A stretch of 64,000 nucleotides of DNA from Octopus sinensis (lineage: Eukaryota), in the NCBI RefSeq assembly GCF_006345805.1, contig NC_043010.1, positions 26,536,001 to 26,600,000 on the forward strand, in the 5' to 3' direction. Shown piece after piece: positions 27,930 through 40,120 of the stretch. Under the pieces are notes generated by a model. It worked only from the letters and a program-made list of their open reading frames with translations, searched no databases and was not told the origin of the DNA. Position 1 is the stretch's first letter, and every line of letters starts with the position of its first letter. The position numbers were made by a program, and so were the translations under genes.

Positions 27930-27988
27930 CCGAGCTGATGAGCTTTAAGTGTCAGTTTGGCACAGAAAGTGAAATCAATTGATACTGG
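27930..27988 (+). ncRNA. Type-I hammerhead ribozyme in a partial copy (27900-28157) of the 408-nt element
   Basis: CCGAG-CTGATGA-GCTTT-(hairpin GTGTCA/TGGCAC)-AAAGT-GAAA-TCAATTGA-TA-CTGG. Confidence 0.7.
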
Positions 27989-28160
27989 GATATCCTCTCT
28001 CCTCTTTGCAGTTTTATAAATGGGGACGAATATTTTTATTTTCAGTATATTTGCTACATTCTCTGTGCATGTTAGTGAGAGATGCATGGCTTTGGAGAGT
28101 TTTAACTCTTCTTTTTAGCAAACAAGTACATATAATACCCTGACTCTTAATATATATATA

Positions 28161-28214
<54 letters not shown>

Positions 28215-29396
28215 CACACACATATACGTCATATGCACAGGTACACAAATGTAGAAATCATTCTTACAAACGAAAACATTTTAAAATATTTATGCATCCA
28301 CCAATGGAAATACATTTACACACATCTTCAAACACATGCACACATTAACACTTCAACACACAGGTACACATACAAGCATTTACATATTCATTAACAATGC
28401 ACACACACACACACAGACCACTTCTACCACACATACATACATACATACATATATACATACATACATACATACATACATACATACATACCTACATACACAG
28501 TAACAAACATTTGACTAATTTTTCTTTGGTCGTCATTAGGAATCAGTATCTTCTTTGGTTCAGTCTATCAATCTTCCTCTCCTCTCCCCCTCTCTCAATG
28601 GCTTCACAATCAGAAATAAAGAGAAAAAAAAATCACATTTACAGACAAACAGTCTCTATTTTTTTAAAGGTATTCCCCCCACTAGAAATATTAATGATTA
28701 CATAATTAATTAATAATGATAACAGAAACAATAGCAACAACGACGACAACAACAATAATAATGATAATAACTTTAATCATTTGAATTATTGTAGCTATCC
28801 GTAAAAAGAAATTGTCCTGGTTTATTCATAACTGCTTTCTCCTTGGTTATATATCTATTTTGACATAGGCACAGGAGTGTCTGTGTTGTAAGTAGCTTGC
28901 TTACCAACCACATGGTTCCGGGTTCGGTCCCATTGCATGGCACCTTGGGCAAGTAGTGTCTTGTGAGTGGATTTGGTAGACGGGAACTGAAAGAAGAGAC
29001 ACGAAACAATTGTAGTGGCGAATTTAATTTTATTTAATTTATATAAAATTTTTTATGTATTGGATTAAGTCTTTCTTTGTTTGATTTGCATAATAGTGGT
29101 TTTGTCTCTAATTAATAATTATATATATATATATATATATTTAACAATTAAGGATAACTTCTTAATAAGGAATCTTAACAAGAAATTATCAGGTAGTTAG
29201 CGTGAAAAACCTCATAAGAGAAAAAAATTCGAAAATAATTTCTTTCTTTTGAAAATATTAATTTATATTGTATAGAGGGCATTATTACACATAAATGCCT
29301 CACACTAAGAGGGACATAAGTCATTACTACCAAAATTTCACTAATCGTACCTAATGCAGTTTTACAAAGCAAGACATTTATATATTTATATACTTA

Positions 29397-30973
29397 CTAG
29401 CATTATGACCCGTCGTTGCCGGGTCATAGTGCTAGTGCATGTATATATGTTTACATATTATATGTACATTTATATATATACATCTACACATAAAATACAA
29501 AATAGAAAGTTATATCTTGATATTGCTAGTGATAACAATACTCAAAATATATAACAGACTGGAATTGTAGGCCCGTCTCTTGCAATTTCGATCAATTGTA
29601 TCTTGTCCTCCCTCTTGTATAGAAGTGTGGCTACAATCCAGCCTACCTCTACTTCTGGGGGGACATTTTAAATTTTTATCTGGGACGTAGGACGTCCCAG
29701 ATATGAAGGTAAAGATAAAATATTTCCACTTTGCAAGGTTCGAGTCGAGTACTCCCTTGCACGCTCCATTGACTCAAACCTTGCTTCTATTGTGGCGAAT
29801 TTACCGCCTCTTTCATAGTCGCACCAAGACACTTTTTGATGGTGCTTTCCTCCAGGTGTTCAAATCTTTTTTTTCTCTACATTGCATACTTTATTGACAA
29901 TAGTCTTTTCTTTAATTTAATTTTTTATTTCATTTGGTGGTGTTATCCTAGATTCACCGTCTTTGTCGGTGATCAATCCGAAATAGGTTTGTATTTCTTC
30001 CATTTTAATTTTAATGACTTCGCGACGGCTGCAGCGAAATTCATTTTTGGACTTTCTTCTATAGAAGGCATTCTAACAAAAATGCTTCTGTATAAATGGT
30101 GAAAATATTGTCAATTTCCCCAAACAGAGACACAATTCAATTTTTAAACAATAACCGAAGGTCCTTCTCCCAAAGGGGGAGGGTTACAGTTTACAATTAT
30201 TTAACAAATGCAACACAACAACGTTTCCCTTACGAAGAACCAACAAATGTGATAACAATAGTTAAACAGTAATAATAATAACAGCAAACCTTACGGTGAA
30301 TCAAAAAGTAGTACACAGTTGAAGCTATAGTCATTTATGTATAAGAAATAAACCAACAGCAGTACTCAGTAGAAGCGGCTGTTCAAGAAAACAGACATTA
30401 CATACAGCCAAAAATCATATAGATACTTAATGCTAGCTAATTAGCCGATAATCTAATGTAAAAGCCATGGTAAACGGTATGTGCACAGCTCCATCTGGAC
30501 TATTCCATTTCTGCACACTAATTTTATTTTTAATTTATTCCCATTCATGTGAAACCACTTAATCAAGTTCAAGTCATTGATGCAATTTTATACCAATTGC
30601 TACTTTTACTTTTAATTGTTATGTTACGATTTAATTATTATATTATACTTTAGTTTGATTTTAATTATTACATATTACATATAATTCAATTGTTATTATT
30701 ATTTTTATTGTTAAAGTGAAAATATCTGACATAAAATAGAGAAACGTTTTTGTTTCACTTTTAACATGTAATACTGAAATAGTGGAGAAGATATGATATT
30801 GCTATGGGCTCGCCCTAGGCAAGAAGTTGAACATTTTGTTTTTGCCCATGAAACTACATGGACCCTAAGTAAGGCATGTGTAAAATTTGAATGAAATTGG
30901 TTGTGTAGTTCTCAAGTTTTAGGGAAATGCACAGACAGACAGACACACATTCTCAGTTTTATATATATAGAGA
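29397..30973 (-). mobile_element. Non-autonomous Helitron
   Basis: The minus strand begins A|TCTCTATATATATAAAA and ends with the hairpin GACCCG..CGGGTC plus CTAG|T, matching Helitron termini and the A/T target. Confidence 0.75.
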
Positions 30974-31259
30974 TATGCAGTGGGGACTGGGTCTAAAAAT
31001 ATTGGTTGCCAGGAGACTAAGGGGGCCCACCCACAACTACAATGCTATCATTTATTTATTTATCTATTTTTGTTAAAAGTATTCTTTTCAACTGTCTACA
31101 AACACAGTCTGGCTGAAATAATTAATGCATTCTTCCAGGAGTGAATAAAAAATTCTCAAACTTGAGGGGATAGGCCCCCATATATGGACTCTAATGGTGC
31201 AGGGTCCCACTTGCCATTGGGCAAGCTGGAAACCTGGCCGGTCCACCACTGTATATATG

Positions 31260-31308
<49 letters not shown>

Positions 31309-31382
31309 ATGTGTATAATATATAAACAAATATATATATATACACACACACACATATATGAATACTTGTATACTTGTATATA

Positions 31383-32499
31383 TCATCATCATCATCGTTT
31401 AACGTCCGTTTTCCGCGCTAGCACGGGTTGGACGGTTTGACCGGGGTCTGGGGAGCCAGGGGCTGCCCCAGGATCCTGTCTGATCTGGCAGTGTTTCTAC
31501 AGCTGGATGCCCTTCCTAACGCCAACCACTCTGCGAGTGTTGTGGGTGCTTTTTACGTGCCACCTGCACAGGTGCCAGAGGGGTCTGGCATCGGCCACGA
31601 TCGGTTGGTGCTTTTTTTATGTGCCACCGGCACAGAAGCCAGTCAAGGCGGTGCTGGCATCGGCCACGTTCGGATGGTGCTTTTTATGTGCCACCGGCAC
31701 AGAAGCCATTCGAGGCAGGGTTGGCATCGGTCACATTCGGATGGTGCTTTTTATGTGTCACCGGCACAGGTATCACAACTACTGTTTCCATTGATATTTG
31801 GTTCGATGTTTATGTACATGCTCTTGACTCAACAGGTCTCCTCAAGCACAGCGAGATGTTCCGGGATCCCACGATCAGATGGTGCTTTTTGTGTGCCACC
31901 GGCACAGAAGCCAGTCGGGGCGGTGCTGGCATCGGCCACGTTCGGATGGTGCTTTTTATGTGCCACCGGCACAGAAGCCATTCGAGGCGGGGTTGGCATC
32001 GGTCACGTTTGGATGGTGCTTTTTATGTGCCACCGGCACAGAAGCCAGTGGAGGCTGCACTGGCAACGGCCACGTTCGGATGGTGCTTTTTATGTGTCAC
32101 CGGCACAGGTATCACAACTACTGTTTCCATTGATATTTGGTTCGATGTTCATGTACATGCACTTGACTCAACAGGTCTCCTCAAGCACAGCGAGATGTTC
32201 CGGGATCCCACGATCGGTTGGTGCTTCTTATGTGCCACCGAGGCGGTGCTGGCGTCGGCCATGCTCAGATGGTGCTTTTTATGTGCCACCGGTACAGAAG
32301 CCAGTCGGGGCGGTGCTGGCATCAGCCACGTTCGGATGGTGCTTTTTATGTGCCACCGGCACAGAAGCCATTCGAGGCGGGGTTGGCATCGGTCACGTTC
32401 GGATGGTGCTTTTTATGTGCCACCGGCACAGAAGCCAGTGGAGGCTGCACTGGCAACGGCCACGTTCGGATGGTGCTTTTTATGTGTCACCGGCACAGG
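31383..32499 (-). repeat. RTE 3' end with an expanded 67-bp hairpin-repeat array (higher-order repeat)
   Basis: The motif GGTGCTTTTTATGTGCCACC recurs 13 times (31545-32472), mostly 67 bp apart. The region matches the reverse complement of 6635-7050. Confidence 0.9.
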
Positions 32500-33223
32500 T
32501 ATGTATATATATATATGTATGCATGTATATATGTATGTATGTATGTATGTATAGTAATATTTATTTTATAAATTGTTTTTACTTTCACAATCTATTAATT
32601 TATTTTTCAATTCATTTGTTTATTATTTCCTGTTCTATTTTATCTTTGTTTTCCTTTTTTGTAACAAACATAATTTTCCCATTTTTTTGAAATAACAATA
32701 ACAAAAATTTATTTATTTTTGCCTCGCTTTTATTTATAAATTTAGTTAATTATTACAGTTATTATGCAAATAAAATAAAAGATTTTTTAAAAAACATTTT
32801 CTCTTAAATTTAATTGGCAAATGTTTTAGAAATGCTTGCACACCTCACAAACACTCTCTTTTTGGAATGAATTTCATTTCATTGTGAACACATCTTATTA
32901 GAACATGATATTCATGCATGTTATTACAATTATGCAGCTCCTCTTCACCCCATTATTTACTGCCAGTCATCACCTACTTTCCCTACTTTATCTCCAGCTC
33001 ATATTATTGATCACCCACCCACTCTTGCCCACCATTCACTATTTCCCCCTCACAAACCTACCCAATCTCTACAGCCATCACCTCCTCTCCCCTACCTTCC
33101 ATTGAGCCCATATACATATATATCATTGATCATCTCTCCACTATTGTCCACCATCCTCTACATCCACTCCTACCTCTGACCCTACCCAATCTTTAGTCAT
33201 CACCTACTCTCTCTACCATCAAA

Positions 33224-33272
<49 letters not shown>

Positions 33273-35039
33273 CTGATCACCCCTACACTGTTGTCCACCA
33301 TTCTCTATATCTGACCGGCTGACCTTACTTGTGCTGTTATCACCTACTCTTCCCCCACCTTACCTCCATATTTATCATCTTGCCATTTATCATATTATCA
33401 GTTAACTCCTATTTATCATCGACCACCCCTCCACCTTTATTCCTCATTCATTATCCTTCCCAGCTCCATCTCTAACCATCTCTCACTCTCCCCATACACT
33501 CTTGCAACTTCTACCCACCCACCTTTCCTGTTCCCATCCACTTCTCTTCAATCTCTTGTCACTTGGGCATCCACCCTTACAACCCTAACAGCGTGTCACC
33601 ACTATTTTATCTCTTGAATCAGCTCCTCCTTGGTTACACCCCACCCTTTCTTCTATAAGGTCTACAGCAGAAAACCTGTTCTGCTCTGACCCCTCCTTTC
33701 ATACTTTAACCCTTATCTTTTACTATAAAGCACCTCCCTCTCCACCGTAGCCTCACTAAACTGAAAGGGATCCTAATCTTGCAAATTGCATGGTGGATCT
33801 CGCTAGTGCTTGTGCCATGAAAAAAAAGCACCATGTAGCTTGGGTACACACGAGTGAATGGCACTTGGAAGGATGTTCAGTCGGCCTTAGGAACCATGCC
33901 AAAGTAGACATTGGAGCATGAAGTAATCCTTAAATCTGTCGGATTTAGTCAAAGAAACCAACTCATGCCAACATGGAAGATGGACGACATCAAATGATGC
34001 TGATGATGATAATGCAGAGTGTGAGCATTCTCATCGTTGGTTATAGACATCCAATGGACCAATTCAACGATGAACTTTTAGTGTATAAAACTTATAGGAA
34101 GATCTTTCAAACACGAAAATCTTTATTTATTATTTATTATCTATGTGTTTTTCTTTAGCTCCCCAGCTTATTCAAGCCTACTTTTGTCCAATGTGTCTAG
34201 TTTCTAAGTCTACAGGGTTGCAATCTGAGAAAGACCGAGCGACCACGTAGATGCTTCATTGTTGTTCAGCTCATGTTAAGCCTTACCAATCAAACGCCTA
34301 CAATCGATCAAGTATTTTGAGTTGTGATCATCCTGTCTGTTACAGGGATACCTAAGACATCATCAAATACAAGGTTTCTCATAATGGTGGTGGAACCGTG
34401 GTGGGTTAGAAAAGGCGGCAAGTGTATGTTTAATCAATTTAGGATAATATGAAATCCTTTTCTTAATTTATCGACAACACCACGAAAAAAGTAAACTATT
34501 ATGAATGCTAAATCTACTTTGTTCTTCTCATTGGTGAAAAGATGGGATGGTTTAAAATTATCCTCAATACACGATCTGTGAATGGTATTTACCAATTTAA
34601 GGAACACTAGTCTAATATATGTCCCTTTTCGTTGAAGATGGCAATGAAGATGGCAATGAGTATTGGAAAGAGGGCTGCTATTTCTAGCATGTTGAACAAG
34701 TACGTAAATACTCTTCTTCCGTTGATTCGCATAGTATTTAATGCTAGAGTTATTATACTCTTTTACTCGTTTCAGTCATGTGACTGTGGCCATGCTGGAG
34801 CACCACCTTTTAGTCGAGCAAATCGATCCCAGGACTTATTCTTTGTAAGCCTAGTACTTATTCTTTCAGTCTCTTTTGCCGAACCGCTAAGTTACTGGGA
34901 CATAAACACACCAGCATTGGTTGTCGAGCAATGTTGGGGGGACAAACACACACATACATATATATACATATATACGACGGGCTTCTTTCAGTTTCCGTCT
35001 ACCAAATCCACTCACAAGGCTTTGGTCGACCCCAGGCTA

Positions 35040-35833
35040 GGATCTTTTCCTTTTGAACGGCACTTTTCAACACAATTTCTAGTTAACTAAACACTTTTAA
35101 ACTTCGTATACTGGTAGAATGTGTTTATAAAACATCATTTTTTCTTGGCTTTATTGAGAAAATTCTATAGGTTGTAAGATATTTAGTCTGAAATTTCGAG
35201 CATTTCGGCAATTTTAACCAATTGCTGGAGTCCTTTTAGGTAAACAACATTCCGTGCTGTGTGAAAATGTCCCTCGTTTAAGAAACAGATTGGGTTTATT
35301 TACATTTGTGAAGAAAAAAGATACCTTTCCCCCACCCTTAACCCTAACCCTAACTCTCACCCTAAATCTAAAATAGATTGAAATGCAATAGATCGATACT
35401 AGGGCCATAATTATGGGTTACAATTTCATACGACACCGCTACGGAAAATGGGATTATTTTCTAGCGGTGTCAAATGAAAATGTCACCCATAATTATGGCC
35501 CTAGTATCGATCTATTGCATTTCAATCTATTTTAGATTTAGGGTTAGGGGTTGGGGAAGGGTATCTTTTTTTCTTCACAAATGTAAATAAACCCAATCTG
35601 TTTCTTAAACGAGGGACATATTCATTATGCACAGAATGTTATTTACCTAAATGGACGTAAGCGATTGGTTAAAATTGCCGAAATTTCAGACGATCTTACA
35701 ACCTATAGAATTTTCTCAATAAAGCCAAGAGAAAATGATGTTTTATAAACACATTCTACCAGTATACGAAGTTTAAAAGTGTTTAGTTAACTAGAAATTA
35801 TGTTACAAAGTGCCGTTCAAAAGGAAAAGATCC
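35040..35833. mobile_element. Palindromic MITE, Merlin-like (8-bp TSD, GG termini), inserted in a SINE
   Basis: TIR GGATCTTTTCCTTTTGAACGGCAC; TSD CCAGGCTA at 35032-35039 and 35834-35841; arms ~390 bp. Confidence 0.88.
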
Positions 35834-36030
35834 CCAGGCTATAGTAGAAGATACTTGTCCAAGCTGCCACGCAGTGCGACTGAATCCGGAACCATGTGGT
35901 TCGTAAGCAAGTTACTTACCACACAGCCACTCCCATGCCTGTTGTTTAACTTGTAGTTGGTCCTGATAGAACATGAGGAGACATTCCAGCCAATGTAACC
36001 AGTTCCGTCCACACGCACGCACACACACAC

Positions 36031-36083
<53 letters not shown>

Positions 36084-36286
36084 TCTTAAAACTTTATATT
36101 ATATAACACACACAAACATATACCTATATTGTGTCTTTCGTTGTTTAAGTCGATAGTGTACATAATTGTTGAAGTTGATCGCCTGAGTACTGCATACAAT
36201 AAGCCCATTATTATTATTTAATGAAAATTTGACTGCTATTTCTAACAAACCTAGCGAACGTACACAGGTTTCGCGGGTCGTTATCT

Positions 36287-36334
36287 GTTTCCATAGCAAC
36301 CCACGTGCAGCTTGAGCTCCGTTGCCCTGGTGAC
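36287..36334. promoter_or_regulatory. Two RFX X-box motifs flanking an E-box
   Basis: GTTTCCATAGCAAC (36287-36300), CACGTG (36302-36307) and GTTGCCCTGGTGAC (36321-36334) in CpG-retaining non-repeat DNA. A possible splice donor AAG|GTAAAT lies at 36437/36438. Confidence 0.6.
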
Positions 36335-37430
36335 GGAGCGGATTAAGTCAGTAAAAGCCTGAGAGAAATAAGCCAGAAACTCGACGGTTGTTTATATTAG
36401 GAAATTACTTAAGTATCGGAAAATTGAGTGAAAGAAGGTAAATCTTAAACAAATCTATCTTCACAGTATTTTTATTTTATTAAGAAAAAATTCAGTGCTG
36501 ATTTGTTTAAAACATCGACACTCCCTACTTAGATGTCCATTAAAAAGGAGGAGAGAGAGAGATTAGCCTATTAGATGAAGCATGTAAGAAGTATATTAAT
36601 GCTGTTGTTGTTAGGCCCCCAGTCTTTATCTTAATTAAGAAGAACTATGATTTATGCATTCCAGCCGTGACGCCCATCCCGTTTTATTTTTCCTTCTCTG
36701 ACAGTATACATAGCACTCATAATGGTATAGCTCCTTCTTTTTTTGAGAGAGAGATTTAGCTGCTGTTTCTTATATGATAATCGGCCCCAAATCAAGCTTA
36801 CTTAAATAGACCTATGAGCATATTACATCCCAGCCGTAACGCTCATCCTGTTTTCTTTTTTCTTTTATTTATCTGGCATAGTAAATCTTGGATTACATTA
36901 ACCAATGCGCTGTTCCCAGTGAGGGTTTGATGTAAGAAATATTTGGCTGCTATTTCGTTCAGGACAAGCCACCACACAGATATTTCCTTGTTAGTTCGAG
37001 GAGGGCCTAATATTACATGCAGTTGTTGTTGCTTCGCTTTCCGGTCCAGGTTGGCCCTGATCTTAAAGAAAACCCTGATTAAACAAAAGAAAAACAAAAA
37101 TCCTCCCATGACCGTCTTGTCTCATTAACGGGATATGATGTATCTGGGACGTTACATATAATTGTTGCTTCGCTTCCTGGTCCGGGTCAGCTGTGATCAA
37201 GAAGAAAACCCCGATGAAAAAAAAAATCCTGCGATGACTATCCTGTCTTATTAACAAGTAGTAGGGCCAATGAAATCAACGTCTCTTCCACAAATATTGC
37301 TGGTCTTGTGTCAAAATTGGAAAGAATTATTTGATGTATGAAGAGAATATTCATTATGTGTCTACAAGAGATCAACAGTTCTCTTATCATCCATGTTTTC
37401 AATTTTGTGCTTTTAACAAAATATATGGAG

Positions 37431-37468
<38 letters not shown>

Positions 37469-39299
37469 CCCCTTTCACTCAGTTATATTAATGAAAAACT
37501 TGAAAACTTTTATTATTGTATTTGCAATTTAACCTTGTGAAAATTAAAGAAAAAAATGTTTTAGGGGCGCTGAAACCCAGTTTTGTTGGGAACATCAATC
37601 ATCCTCTCGCAACCGTAGCGGCACAGTTTTCTGTGCTTATGTACCCGTTGTTTTAAGGCCATATCAGTTCTGACCGAGTTGTCCTATGATAAAAAAACAT
37701 TCCTTCCGTGATCATCTCGTCTTTTTTTTTTTCACACAATATATCTGAGACTATCCGATAAGCATCCACTTATTTTTCAAGATAGTCAGAGTATGGAAAT
37801 TTGATTGTAGAATTCTTACATGTTTCAGTCCGTGACAGTCGAAGACGTTCGGCGGAATTTGTGTCGCCGACTTCGAATATTTGTCGTCGTTGGCTCCCTG
37901 TCCCAACCAAGAATCAAATGTTCGCTATGTTTGACATCCAGCTGCTCAGCCTCAACACCAACTGCGGTTATGTCACATTTTCGTTTTTGATTGGGATATC
38001 CTAATTCCTTGCGGAAGTGCATATTTGTGGGGTCGGGTATACCTTTTATTTTTCTCTTTATTCAAATGCCTTATTTATTTTTTTTTTAATTCACTTTTGC
38101 TAATCGGTCATATGCTTTTGTAAATTATATTCTCTACAGTTATACGATTAATGGATAAAACATCTTGATTAAATCTCTATTTAAGCAAGTCGAACCCATT
38201 ATTCATGCGCCTCGTTTACTCACTGTTAAGAAGACGATTGAGTTGGGGAATGTAGGAAAAAAAAATGAATGAAAGAAAAAGATTTGGGCTGCTGCGTCAG
38301 ATCTAATGTCTTTAGAAAATTTATTCAGTTTCATCTTTCCAAATTCTCAAATCCCGCCTATTACTATTAATGTTACTGTTACACCCATCTCGTGGGACGC
38401 GTACATTAGTAACAGTTGACGGTAAGGGCACTGAATTTAAGATCAAAATTGTAAAAAGTTAAATATTTTGGACACAAAATTTCTTCACAGAAGGAAACAA
38501 TCATCCGATTCTTTGTCCTTTTTTCTTTTCCATGAGGTAGTGATAGAGTTTCCTAAAGTCCGCCGATCGGAAATTACATCCATCTCGTAAGACGGATGTT
38601 AATAGGAAACAATTTTCTAAGATTGCTCTATTTATAGTGGCCGGGTAGGATTTTTTCCGCAGCAAATTTGTGCTTATATGAGAAATCATTTAGATTTACT
38701 GTGGTTGGATAGGGTGGGATTTCAAATCCCGACATGATACTAGATACAAGTCGGTTCCCCTGAAAATTTGGGCCGACTTACGATTTCTTTTTTTTTTTAA
38801 AGTTTTACTATGAACTTGTGGGGGCGGGTCGTGGTTTCTAGTCTCACCACAATATCAAAAACGAGTCGCTCCCACTCTAAATTTGTCCCTTCATATATTG
38901 TCGACCGGAAAGGTGGCGAAACTGGACTGGCAAAATGTTTAACGGCATTTCGTCCGTCTTTTCGTTCTGAGTTCAAATTCCGCTGAGTTCGACTTTGTCT
39001 TTCATCCTTTCGGGTAACAGTTGAAGACTGGGGCCGATGTAATTAACTTACTCGCTCCCCAAAAATTGCTGTAAAATTTGAAACTAATATACAATGCCCG
39101 GGACTGTTGTTGCTGCTGTTGTTTGTTAGCGTGGTGCTTAGAGTTGCTTAACTTCAGCTTCAACAGACCTTTAATCAAAGGCATTTTAACTGTAAATATC
39201 TTATATATCTTCCTGCACACAGAGTGATTAAAAAATTATTCTCATTTATGAAGACAGTAGATTATGATTTAAGAGCAGTTTCACAACTTTTTCTAACAG

Positions 39300-40120
39300 T
39301 TCGAGTGACCGGTAATCTTTCAGTTTAGGGTGTTTAAATAAAAATGAAGCCGAAATGACGGCATCGACACTCACGAAGTGATTGAGCAGCAGGAGAACTT
39401 TGTGGATCCCAGAAATGAGGAGATCCACTCGAAAACGTGGAGAATATGTGGATGCGGGTGAAAAGAAAATTACGGCGACAATTTGGAACATCGGACAATT
39501 TATTTGTCATATTTACTGGAATTCATCTGGAAGAATTCTGTTCCAAAATAATAAAAGAAAAAGACTTTCGTTCACTTTTCGGTGGCGATAGCCCAGGTGG
39601 CGATATTTCGTTTTGTCGCGAATTTTGTCAACAAAATACTCGACTGTCAGTTGACGTATCGAAGTGGAAAGAGAAAACTATTGGGTTGTACGTGCGTGTT
39701 CATGCGTGTGTGTGTGTGTGTGTGTTCATGCGTGTGTGTGTGTGCGTGCTTGTTCCTGTGTGTGTGTGCGTGTGCTTGTTCTGTTTTCGTATATTTACGT
39801 GTTGTGGAACGTAGATATAACGAAATTACGCCAACACACAAACAAGAACAAGCGCGCGCGCACACACACACACACACACAGTGGAACAAGCATACATGCA
39901 CGTACACCCCATCAGCTTTCTCTTTCCACTTTGATACTTTAACTGACAGTTGACGAGACAACACGTGCTCACAGAAATTACCAAGTAGTTTGTTGACAGA
40001 ATTCCAGTCAAAATGAAAGATCGCCACCCAGGTCTACTTATTTCTACCCGCTTGTTATTCCCCCCTTTTTTATTTACTTTTTTAAACACCCTAAACTGAC
40101 AGATTACCCGACTCACCCTC
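39300..40120 (+). mobile_element. Merlin (IS1595/ISXO2-like) transposon remnant
   Basis: Reads NFVDPRNEEIH..NVENMWMRVKRKLRRQFGTS..LEFIW..VAIAQVY across frameshifts. Inverted subterminal sequences lie at ~39305-39342 and ~40080-40115. Confidence 0.75.
39599..40025. mobile_element. Merlin-like MITE nested in the Merlin remnant
   Basis: TIRs GGCGAT(A/C)TTTC.TTTTG; flanks GCCCAGGT / ACCCAGGT form an 8-bp TSD with 1 mismatch; arms contain (TG)n/(CA)n. Confidence 0.75.

Noticed and set aside
31545-32499. CRISPR-like repeat/spacer appearance and long ORFs (420 aa, 311 aa)
   Set aside because: The 'spacers' are related to each other and recur, there are no cas genes, and the array is the reverse complement of the RTE 3' UTR. 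The ORFs are repeat artefacts.
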